DNA of 32,000 nucleotides from assembly GCA_038735675.1 (NCBI GenBank), contig JAVYNJ010000003.1, positions 1 to 32,000 of the forward strand. The letters are read 5' to 3'. Shown piece by piece: positions 17,516-25,200 of the stretch. The notes under the pieces were generated by a model. That model did not search any database, had not been told where the DNA came from, and saw only the letters and a program-made list of their open reading frames with translations. This stretch comes from Nanopusillaceae archaeon (GTDB lineage Archaea > Nanobdellota > Nanobdellia > Nanobdellales > Nanobdellaceae). Position numbers and translations under genes: made by a program. Positions within the stretch are counted from its first letter, which is position 1, and each line of letters opens with the position of its first letter.

Positions 17516-18551
17516 AATAAAAATAAAAAAATCTTTTGAAGAACATTACAAAAAAATACTAGGAGATGATTATTCAAAATTTATATATTTCTCTTTAAAA
17601 CCCTTAAAAAAATCAATAAGGATCAATACATTAAAAGTTGTTGATAATATATCTCATAAAGAAATCGAAAATATTTTAGAGGATAAAGAGAATCCGGAAA
17701 TCGATAACCAATATAACTTAAAGCAATATCCTTTTAGAATAAACGTAACAGCTACTGAAATATTAGGAAGATTGAAAGAAAAAGGGTGGAAGATTAATAG
17801 AATCAAATTTTATAAATATGGTTTTATTGTTGAACATCCTAAAAGAAAGGATATAGGAAATACTATAGAGTTTCAATTAGGATATTACTATTCTCAAGAA
17901 ATTGCTTCTATGATTCCTCCAATAGCATTAGATCCAAAACCAGGAGAAATCGTTTTAGATATTGCAGCAGCTCCAGGATCAAAAACTACTCAAATTGCTA
18001 TGCATATGGAAAATAAAGGAATAATAATAGCAAATGATCCAGATAAAGTAAGATTAAAAGCTTTAGCTTTAAATTTACAAAGACAAGGTGTGATAAATAC
18101 AATAGTAACTAATTTAGATGGAAGAAAAATTTCAAAATTGAATATAAAATTTGATAAGATCTTAGTTGATGCTCCATGTTCTGGAACTGGAGCAATAAGA
18201 AAATCCTATAAAACTTTTTTAATTTGGAATGAAAATATGATTAAGAGATTATCCTCTCTACAAAAACAATTATTAATCGCTGCCTTTGATAGCTTAAATT
18301 ATAATGGAACCTTGGTATATTCTACATGTTCTGTTGAACCTGAAGAAAATGAAGCTGTTATAAATCATCTTTTATATATGAGAGAAAATGCAAAGATAGA
18401 AAAAATAAATATTAAAAACTTAAAATATTCTGAACCTTTTTTAGAATATAATAATGAAAAATTTTTCTCAGATATAAAATACACGCTTAGACTATGGCCT
18501 TGGGATAATGATACAGAAGGATTTTATATTGCAAAAATAAAGAAAATATAA
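17487..18551 (+). CDS. NOL1/NOP2/Sun-family RNA cytosine-C5 methyltransferase
   Basis: IRINTLK. AdoMet site LDIAAAPGSKTTQIA. Catalytic Cys motifs VDAPCSGTG and LVYSTCS. The track start is TTG at 17487. GTG at 17505 is an alternative. Either start overlaps the hef 3' end. Confidence 0.85.
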   Translation: MRKNIKVKNEIKIKKSFEEHYKKILGDDYSKFIYFSLKPLKKSIRINTLKVVDNISHKEIENILEDKENPEIDNQYNLKQYPFRINVTATEILGRLKEKGWKINRIKFYKYGFIVEHPKRKDIGNTIEFQLGYYYSQEIASMIPPIALDPKPGEIVLDIAAAPGSKTTQIAMHMENKGIIIANDPDKVRLKALALNLQRQGVINTIVTNLDGRKISKLNIKFDKILVDAPCSGTGAIRKSYKTFLIWNENMIKRLSSLQKQLLIAAFDSLNYNGTLVYSTCSVEPEENEAVINHLLYMRENAKIEKINIKNLKYSEPFLEYNNEKFFSDIKYTLRLWPWDNDTEGFYIAKIKKI

Positions 18552-20218
18552 TGAGGATACTATTTATAGATGTAAATAAAAAAGAAAGCAAAATTAGAAT
18601 TATAGAAAATCAAAAAATAAAAGGAGTAGTAGATCTAGGAATTTATTTACATATCAATGAATATGAAAGTTATAAATACAATATATTTGATGAAAAAAAT
18701 GTTTTAATAATTGGAGCTGGAAAGTATTCTTATGGAGGAACTCAAAGAGGAATTGTTATTTTTAGAAGTCCCTTACATGGTGGTTTACATATATCAACTT
18801 TAGGAGATATAGGAGAATACATCAAGAAATCAGGTTTTGATGCAATAGTTATTGAGGGTAAAGCTAAAAAGGAAGTTTTTTTAATAATAGATAATGAAAA
18901 TGTGATTTTTCTAGAAGAAGAAATTCCTGAAAGTATATTTAAAAAATCTGAAGAACTAAAAGATAAATTAAAAGATATATACGACAAGAAGAATTTTAGA
19001 ATATTATTAGTAGGCTTAGCATCAAAAAATACGAAATACGGTTCTTTAATTTCTTTAAGAAATGATAAACCAGAAATTCTATCTGTAGCAGGAAGAGGTG
19101 GTGCAGGAACTGTCTTGTATAGAGCTCATAATGTAATTGGTTTATCTATTGGTGGAGATAAAAATTATGAAATTGTACAATATGATATTAAAAAAGTAGC
19201 GGAATCAACAAAAAAATATAGAGAGGATGGAACTTTTAGAGGAAACTATCCACATTTAAAAGGAAATTTACCGTATTTTAATTTTCAAAATATTTATTTA
19301 AATCAAAAAGATAGAGAAAGATTGTATATAACATTTATTGAAAATATATTACTAAAAGATTATTTATTTACGTCAGATACTTGTGGAGAAAAATGTATTG
19401 CGGCATGTAAAAAGTTAGAGAATGAAGTAAAGATAGATTATGAACCTGCAAATGGTTTAGGTCCATTCATTGGAATTTTTAATAGAAATTTAGTAAAAGA
19501 TTTAATTAAAATTGCTGATAATTATGGATTCGATTCTATATATTTAGGATACGTTTTAGGTCTCTTATTTGAAGCCGCTTCAAAGGAAAGAATAGATTTG
19601 AAAATTTTCGGATTAGAAGAAAATCCAATTTTAGATCTAAGTAAATATGATCAGGATTATTCTGAAAAAAACTATAGAATTGCAAAATATTTGATAGAAA
19701 AAATCGCAAATGGCAAAATAGAAATTTTGGGAGAAAATATTAGAAAAATTGCTAAAGAATTTAAAATAGACGATCTTGCTTATTATATTCCATTTGGGGA
19801 AAACTACGATATGACTCCTAACTTTTATTGGACTTTAGGGTTATTATTACCAACTGCTGTACCAGGAAAATATTATTCAGATTACAAATTTATTGGAAAA
19901 TTACCAGAAGAGTATTCAAAAATTTGTTTCGAGAGAACGTTATATGAGTATACTATTGATAATTATGGAATGTGTAGATTCCATAGAGTTTGGATAGAAA
20001 CAGATATCTTAAAATCTGAAGATCTAGAAAATTCAAAATATTGGATTAGTAGACTTATAGAATATAGAAAGCTTGCAAATGCGGAACCTCAGTATTGGGA
20101 GTCTAAAAGAGTAATTGATTCTGTAAAGAAGCTATTAGAAGAGTTTAATATAAGTATTTCTCCAGAAGAATATTGGAAAACATGGTATAATAAATATTTG
20201 GATTTAGTTTTTTCATAA
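18551..20218 (+). CDS. Aldehyde:ferredoxin oxidoreductase (AOR) family protein, divergent paralogue
   Basis: The N-terminal domain is collinear with the canonical AOR at 31444 (ILFIDVN.., FRSPLHGG, SGFDAIVIEGKAKKEVF). Also AGRGGAGTVLYRAH. Both pterin-type DxxGx(D/C) motifs are present (ADNYGFD, IDNYGMCRFH). Cys cluster TCGEKCIAAC. At 555 aa it is shorter than typical AORs. Confidence 0.6.
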   Translation: MRILFIDVNKKESKIRIIENQKIKGVVDLGIYLHINEYESYKYNIFDEKNVLIIGAGKYSYGGTQRGIVIFRSPLHGGLHISTLGDIGEYIKKSGFDAIVIEGKAKKEVFLIIDNENVIFLEEEIPESIFKKSEELKDKLKDIYDKKNFRILLVGLASKNTKYGSLISLRNDKPEILSVAGRGGAGTVLYRAHNVIGLSIGGDKNYEIVQYDIKKVAESTKKYREDGTFRGNYPHLKGNLPYFNFQNIYLNQKDRERLYITFIENILLKDYLFTSDTCGEKCIAACKKLENEVKIDYEPANGLGPFIGIFNRNLVKDLIKIADNYGFDSIYLGYVLGLLFEAASKERIDLKIFGLEENPILDLSKYDQDYSEKNYRIAKYLIEKIANGKIEILGENIRKIAKEFKIDDLAYYIPFGENYDMTPNFYWTLGLLLPTAVPGKYYSDYKFIGKLPEEYSKICFERTLYEYTIDNYGMCRFHRVWIETDILKSEDLENSKYWISRLIEYRKLANAEPQYWESKRVIDSVKKLLEEFNISISPEEYWKTWYNKYLDLVFS

Positions 20219-20226
20219 TAATATAT

Positions 20227-20310
20227 GAGCCCGTGCCCGAGAGGCCAAAGGGGTCGGGTTCAGGTCCCGATGGGATAGTCCCTACGGGGGTTCGAATCCC
20301 CCCGGGCTCA
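20227..20310 (+). tRNA. tRNA-Leu (anticodon CAG), class II
   Basis: GAGCCCG-TG-CCCGAGAGGCCAAAGGGG-TCGGG-TTCAGGT-CCCGA-TGGGATAGTCCCTAC-GGGGG-TTCGAAT-CCCCC-CGGGCTC-A. It starts 8 nt after the preceding stop codon. Confidence 0.9.
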
Positions 20311-20348
20311 TTATAAATTTATAAATAATTTAAATAATAATCAATTTT

Positions 20349-21734
20349 ATGAAAAGAATATTAGCATTTTTATTTTTATTATTAGCGATATTTAAGATTT
20401 TATATTGTGAGGATATTCCGCTAATTAGTACACCATTTGAAATAAAGAATTATGTTAGTTTCTATGATAATGATGATTTTGCAATTTACAAATTGTATAT
20501 TTTTAATCCTACAAATTACAGTTATAGCTACTCTATAGTAAGTTTATCTGTTGATTGGATTATATTCTATGGAAAAAATGATTTAGATAGATTTGGAACT
20601 ATATTGCCAAATCAAAGAAAGGAAATTATGATATATTTAAGACCTAAAAAAATAAAAGTTCAAGCTCCAACATTCATAATATCTTTTAGATCAAATAAAG
20701 AAGAAAGAATCTATACTTCTACTATTATTTTAAATCCACGTATAAATTATGAGTTAAAAAATATTTCTTCTGTAAAATTGGAAAAAATTGAAATATTTCC
20801 AGAAACTTTAAAAGCAGGAGATATATTTTCAATAATATTAAAAATATATAATCCAAATTCATTTGATATAAATATACCAATAACTATCAATACGTCTTAC
20901 GGATATAAAAAAGAAACCATAATTAATTTAATTCCAGGAAATAACACGATTAAAGTTGAGAATGTAATTCCATCTAGCTTAAAATTAGATAATTTTACAT
21001 TAGAAATAAAAATAGATGAATTGACAATAGAGGAAACATTATATTTGCTAACCGAAGAGAAAAAACCAAAAATAGAAGTTAAGAATAATTATATAATATT
21101 ATCAAATTTGTATGAAGATTATATTTATTATGAATTTGAATTACCTTATTCAAAAATAGATTTATTTTTATTTAGATTTTATCCAAAACCCTTCGAATAT
21201 ATTATTAGAAATAATAATATTTATGCTAGATGGAAAATAGTTCTATTACCAAAAGAGAATTATATTATAAAAAAGGATCTAAACTATTATTCTATATTAG
21301 TTTTACTACTGTTAGTCTCCCTCTTCATAACATTCTTGATATTAATTGCAAGACCCAAAATAGAAATAAAAAAAGAAATAATAAGATTTTCGCCAGAAGA
21401 AAAAATAATAAGAATTGCAATTTATATAAGGAACAAAGGCGTCTTACCTATAAATAATGTAATAATAAGAGATAGAGTTCCAGAAATGTTTAAGATAAAT
21501 AAATATGATACAGTAGAACCTTTGGGATTATATAAAGAGGGAGAAGAAACTATTTTAGAATGGAGTTATGATAAAATTAAACCTAAAGAAGAATTAATAA
21601 TATCATATACTATATCAATAGCTAAAGAAATATCAAAAACAATATCTATACCAAATGCAGTAATACAATATAGTAGTCTATTTGGTGAAAAAATAGAAAA
21701 TTCAAACAAAATATCTATAAGCTTAGTTGAATAA
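20349..21734 (+). CDS. Hypothetical secreted/membrane-anchored surface protein
   Basis: N-terminal signal-like MKRILAFLFLLLAIFKILYC. Internal TM segment YYSILVLLLLVSLFITFLILIA. The C-terminal about 120 aa has an alternating beta-strand pattern (IRIAIYIRNKGVLPINNVIIRDRVPEMF...) reminiscent of CARDB/DUF11-type beta-sandwiches. Confidence 0.55.
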   Translation: MKRILAFLFLLLAIFKILYCEDIPLISTPFEIKNYVSFYDNDDFAIYKLYIFNPTNYSYSYSIVSLSVDWIIFYGKNDLDRFGTILPNQRKEIMIYLRPKKIKVQAPTFIISFRSNKEERIYTSTIILNPRINYELKNISSVKLEKIEIFPETLKAGDIFSIILKIYNPNSFDINIPITINTSYGYKKETIINLIPGNNTIKVENVIPSSLKLDNFTLEIKIDELTIEETLYLLTEEKKPKIEVKNNYIILSNLYEDYIYYEFELPYSKIDLFLFRFYPKPFEYIIRNNNIYARWKIVLLPKENYIIKKDLNYYSILVLLLLVSLFITFLILIARPKIEIKKEIIRFSPEEKIIRIAIYIRNKGVLPINNVIIRDRVPEMFKINKYDTVEPLGLYKEGEETILEWSYDKIKPKEELIISYTISIAKEISKTISIPNAVIQYSSLFGEKIENSNKISISLVE

Positions 21735-22208
21735 ATGAAAATTTTTTATTTTGATTTTTTATTATCCAAAAAAATATTAAAAATTTTTAATAAGGATCAT
21801 TTAAAATTATTTTCGGATTTATCCGATATTTTATTAATTTTTTATTGTCTTTTAATACTCTTATTTTCTATAAAAAATTTGGTAATAATCTTATTAGGAT
21901 GGATAACTCCTAATATTTTACAAAAATTATTTAATAGAGAAAGACCATATTATTTTTTTAAAATTGAGATTAACTATAAGACACCACCATATAGATCTTT
22001 TCCTAGCTCTCATACTTTTTTATCAATTTTGATATTTTTAACTATGTATAAAGCTAAAGTAAATCCTATTTTAGCTATTTTAATATTTTCAATTCCTATT
22101 TTAAGGATAATATCCTTACAACATTGGTTTTCAGATATAGTATTCTCAATAGCTTTATCTACAATGTTATATTCTATCTTTTCAGCTTTAATTTTGGGAA
22201 TTATTTAA
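21735..22208 (+). CDS. PAP2-family (type 2 phosphatidic acid / polyprenyl-diphosphate) phosphatase
   Basis: Three PAP2 motifs: KLFNRERP, FPSSHT and RIISLQHWFSD (R-x5-H-x3-D), within a multi-TM protein. The ATG directly abuts the upstream stop (TAAATG). Confidence 0.65.
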   Translation: MKIFYFDFLLSKKILKIFNKDHLKLFSDLSDILLIFYCLLILLFSIKNLVIILLGWITPNILQKLFNRERPYYFFKIEINYKTPPYRSFPSSHTFLSILIFLTMYKAKVNPILAILIFSIPILRIISLQHWFSDIVFSIALSTMLYSIFSALILGII

Positions 22209-22244
22209 ATTTTTAAATTTATTAAATGATTTTTATATATTATT

Positions 22245-22338
22245 CCGGGCGTAGCTCAGCCTGGCAGAGCGGCCGGCTGTAGTGAGTATTCTGGCCGCAG
22301 AGACCGGCAGGTCGAGGGTTCAAATCCCTCCGCCCGGA
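22245..22338 (+). tRNA. tRNA-Tyr (anticodon GTA) with a 20-nt intron at canonical position 37/38
   Basis: CCGGGCG-TA-GCTCAGCCTGGCAGAGC-G-GCCGG-CTGTAG[intron]A-CCGGC-AGGTC-GAGGG-TTCAAAT-CCCTC-CGCCCGG-A. C1-G72 is the archaeal/eukaryal tRNA-Tyr identity pair. The spliced length is 74 nt. Confidence 0.85.
22283..22302 (+). other. tRNA-Tyr intron (predicted bulge-helix-bulge substrate)
   Basis: Intron sequence TGAGTATTCTGGCCGCAGAG. Exon CUGU (positions 32-35) can pair with intron GCAG, including one G-U pair. This leaves 3-nt bulges AG|U and AG|A at the two splice sites, next to the GCCGG/CCGGC anticodon stem. Confidence 0.7.
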
Positions 22339-22946
22339 CTCTTATTTATCATCTTTTTAAATAGTGCTTTAAATCTCAAAACTTTAGCAAATGAAGAGGA
22401 TACAGCTACTATTGTAGCAGAAAGTTTTAGAGTCATATTTGGATTAAAGATAATTATATACAACAAAACTGAAGAAAGAAAAAGAAATATAGAGTAAGTA
22501 TGTAATCTTTCAATTTTAAAAATGTCATGAAATAGTATTATTCCAATAATTAGTAATGGAATAGCAATTACCAAAATATTTATAGCATCTATTACATCTA
22601 GACCTAGAAGCCAACCAATAGCGGATGCAGCTCCAACTCCGGAAGGAATTTTCTTTGTTATTATTATCGAAAATATTGAAAAACAATGTCCTATTACAGC
22701 AAATGTGCCAGCTAAGGGTCCAAACAAGACGGTTGGAATATATGCTTTTAAAAGATCTAAAATACCTGCGATTAAAAAAAGCAAGAGAGAAATATTTTTA
22801 TTTTTGTATTTTTTTAAAGAAGCATAATAAATATTAGTAGCTCCTAAATTTTCATCTCCATAATTTTGTATTTCTAACTTAAGTATTTCACTAATTATAA
22901 ATGAAAAATTAATAGAACCGAGAATATAGGATATTATAAGATTCAT
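22320..22946 (-). CDS. plsY: PlsY-family (PF02660/COG0344) integral membrane acyltransferase-like protein
   Basis: The N-terminus YILGSINFSFIISEIL...YGDENLGATNIYY matches the PlsY signature (GSIPF...GSGN.GATN). Multi-TM, 208 aa. The last 19 nt of the ORF run antisense through the tRNA-Tyr T arm and acceptor stem. Confidence 0.7.
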   Translation of the reverse strand: MNLIISYILGSINFSFIISEILKLEIQNYGDENLGATNIYYASLKKYKNKNISLLLFLIAGILDLLKAYIPTVLFGPLAGTFAVIGHCFSIFSIIITKKIPSGVGAASAIGWLLGLDVIDAINILVIAIPLLIIGIILFHDIFKIERLHTYSIFLFLSSVLLYIIIFNPNMTLKLSATIVAVSSSFAKVLRFKALFKKMINKSPGGGI

Positions 22947-23000
22947 TTTATTTTTTATTACGAAAAAATTTATAATATAATATATCAGAAAATAAATATT

Positions 23001-23285
23001 ATGTACGTTAATTATGTATTTAATACCTATTATATTTTATTTGGCTATTTTATCGGTTATTTAATCTGTAAACTATTTGAACCTAAAGCCTTTTTAATAA
23101 TATTTTTTAAAAACAAAAAGTATTCTGTAAGATTACATCATTTTTATTTTTTATTGATTTCATTTCTAGCAGCAATTATTAATTTACAAAACGTCATGTT
23201 TACAACTCTTGGATTAGGGCTTCATGATATAGTAACTGAATTCAAAAAATCTCTAAATAATATTTTTATATCTAAGAAGCGCTAA
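23001..23285 (+). CDS. Hypothetical small membrane protein (uncertain)
   Basis: 94-aa ORF with two or three hydrophobic segments. Its 3' end converges on and overlaps the SPOUT gene by 33 nt. No motif recognised. Confidence 0.35.
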   Translation: MYVNYVFNTYYILFGYFIGYLICKLFEPKAFLIIFFKNKKYSVRLHHFYFLLISFLAAIINLQNVMFTTLGLGLHDIVTEFKKSLNNIFISKKR

Positions 23286-24071
23286 AGTGTAATATATTGC
23301 TTCTTCAGTTCTTATACTTTCTATTAACTGATTTGGAACTGAGTTTATAACGATATCAAATTTTTTCTTAAAATCATTTTTCCATATATCTTCAAATCCT
23401 CTTGCAAAAGAACCAAAAACGATAGCAACATTACTTTTTATTTTTAAATCAACCTTTCTTATATCCTCTCCCAATTTAGACGTTCCTATTATAAAAAAAT
23501 CTTCTTTTTTTAATTTTTTTAAAAGATCCTCTATAGGCTTATTATAATAAAAAACTTCATATCCAAAATAAATTTCTGTTTCGTATTTTTCAACAAACTT
23601 GTTTCTTTTTTTATCATAAATTAATGTTTTATTTTTGTAATTATTTTTAGAATAAACTTTAAATTCTGATTTACCATCTGTTACTCTATAAAAATTACCT
23701 TCTTTATTTAATACATAAACATATACGTATCTGCTCCTATCTAAATGATAATTAGCTTTTATTGGTAAACAACTACCAACTTCTTTTAAATCTTTCTCTA
23801 AGGGAAATACAAATTTTCTAATATATGGAGGAGTATTCAAATATTTCAAAATCTTTACTATATATCTACCTAAGCCATGAGAATTAAATTTTGGATCTCT
23901 ATCATAATAAACACCAATTTCATTTATCCCAAATGTAACCGCTGCTCTAGCAACTTGAGAAATCAAAAAATTTCTTATTTTAATATCTTTTTTTTCTCCA
24001 GTAAAGGTAGAAGGTATTAATAGCATCTTCCGCATAAATATAAAATATTCAAGAAAAATATAAGATATCAT
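23253..24071 (-). CDS. SPOUT-superfamily putative RNA methyltransferase (DUF171-like)
   Basis: LLIPSTFTGE...IRNFLISQVARAAVTFGINEIGVYYD matches the DUF171 N-terminal pattern. The C-terminal IAIVFGSFARG is a SPOUT-like knot region. The real start is probably an internal Met at 24035 or 24026 (MRKMLLIPS). Confidence 0.75.
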   Translation of the reverse strand: MISYIFLEYFIFMRKMLLIPSTFTGEKKDIKIRNFLISQVARAAVTFGINEIGVYYDRDPKFNSHGLGRYIVKILKYLNTPPYIRKFVFPLEKDLKEVGSCLPIKANYHLDRSRYVYVYVLNKEGNFYRVTDGKSEFKVYSKNNYKNKTLIYDKKRNKFVEKYETEIYFGYEVFYYNKPIEDLLKKLKKEDFFIIGTSKLGEDIRKVDLKIKSNVAIVFGSFARGFEDIWKNDFKKKFDIVINSVPNQLIESIRTEEAIYYTLALLRYKNII

Positions 24072-24567
24072 GAAATTTTACTATTTGCTATATCCTAGAC
24101 CTGTAGTAATTATAGGATCGGGAAGTGTTAAAGATAATAAAATAAATTTTATGAGTGTTGCATGGATAACTCCTATATCAGAAAACCCACCAACACTTGG
24201 CTTTTCAAGCTATAAGGAAAACTATTCCAATATTTTAATAGAACAATTTAATCAATTTTCTGTAATTATTGTAAATAATCCAAAATTAATATTAGAGTTA
24301 GGAAGTCTAAGTGGTAAAGATAAAAATAAAGTTGAAGTCCTCAATTTAAATGTTATTTCTGGTAAAAAATTGGATGTACCTCTATTAAAAGATTATATAG
24401 CTTTTTTAGAATGTAAATTAATTGATAAAAAAGAAATTGGGGAATGTGTATTTTATATAGGAGAAGTAATTAATTGGGAGATTAAAGGAAATTTTCCTGA
24501 TAAAAATATTGTTAATAAAATTCCTTTACATAAAGGTGGAAGAAATATTTCTTTTCTAAAAAATTGA
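24070..24567 (+). CDS. Flavin reductase-like FMN-binding split-barrel protein
   Basis: YPRPVVIIGSGSVKDNKINFMSVAWITPISENPPTLGFS matches the flavin reductase domain pattern (P.PV.lv......N.mt.sW..pvS..PP.v). Confidence 0.75.
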   Translation: MKFYYLLYPRPVVIIGSGSVKDNKINFMSVAWITPISENPPTLGFSSYKENYSNILIEQFNQFSVIIVNNPKLILELGSLSGKDKNKVEVLNLNVISGKKLDVPLLKDYIAFLECKLIDKKEIGECVFYIGEVINWEIKGNFPDKNIVNKIPLHKGGRNISFLKN

Positions 24568-25151
24568 AAATGCTAAAGGAAGGATTTATATTACTTGAAA
24601 AATATAAAATTCCGGTTCCAAAATATTGGATAAATCTTATTCCAAAAGATTTAGAGTTTCCGGTAGTAATTAAAGTAGATTTAATACATAAAACTGACGA
24701 AAAAGCAATTTTTTTGGATATAGACAATTTTGATCTACTTTTAAAATTATATGATAATCTTAAAAAAAGATTTCCTGATAAAGATATTTTAATTCAGAAA
24801 CAAATCAAAGGAGACTATATAGAATTAATAATTAGTATAAAAGAAGACCCTGTATTTGAAAAAATTGTATTAGTTGGATTTGGAGGTATATATACAGAAT
24901 TACTAAGGGATTATACAATATTAATTCCTCCTTTCAATAAAGAAGAATTAATAAATTCTTTAAAAAATCTGAAACTTTCAAAAATTCTTTTTGGATATAG
25001 AAATAAAAGAGTAAACCTAGATCTTTTATATGAAATAGTCACAAATCTAATAAATTTATATAATAATGAAAATATAAAAGAAATCGAAATAAATCCATTA
25101 TTAATAAATGAAAAAGAAGCATTTGCCGTAGATGTTAGATTTTCTTACTAA
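24564..25151 (+). CDS. ATP-grasp protein resembling the beta subunit of ADP-forming acetyl-CoA synthetase (ACD)
   Basis: LLEKYKIPVP, FPVVIKV..IHKTDEKAI, VGFGGIYTELLRD, LFGYRNKR and EIEINPLL...AFAVDVRF are collinear with ACD-beta/ATP-grasp_5. The track start is TTG at 24564. ATG at 24570 is more likely. Confidence 0.65.
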   Translation: MKMLKEGFILLEKYKIPVPKYWINLIPKDLEFPVVIKVDLIHKTDEKAIFLDIDNFDLLLKLYDNLKKRFPDKDILIQKQIKGDYIELIISIKEDPVFEKIVLVGFGGIYTELLRDYTILIPPFNKEELINSLKNLKLSKILFGYRNKRVNLDLLYEIVTNLINLYNNENIKEIEINPLLINEKEAFAVDVRFSY

Positions 25152-25200
25152 CCAATGAATACAAAATAATTTAATTTAGAAAACAATATTAAAGTAAATA

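Noticed and set aside
17368-18987. Minus-strand ORFs 17368-17577 and 18742-18987.
   Set aside because: They are antisense to the hef/NSUN junction and to the AOR-like gene respectively, with no independent support.
21230-21457. Plus-strand 75-aa ORF in an alternative frame of the surface-protein gene.
   Set aside because: It is fully nested in the longer ORF, with a K/R/N-rich product typical of an off-frame AT-rich reading.
22282-22837. Plus-strand ORFs 22282-22497 and 22625-22837.
   Set aside because: The first starts inside the tRNA-Tyr intron and exon and then runs antisense to the plsY-like gene. The second is also antisense to plsY. The PlsY signature supports the minus-strand reading.
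24512-24727. Minus-strand 71-aa ORF spanning the flavin-reductase/ATP-grasp junction.
   Set aside because: It is antisense to two motif-supported CDSs.
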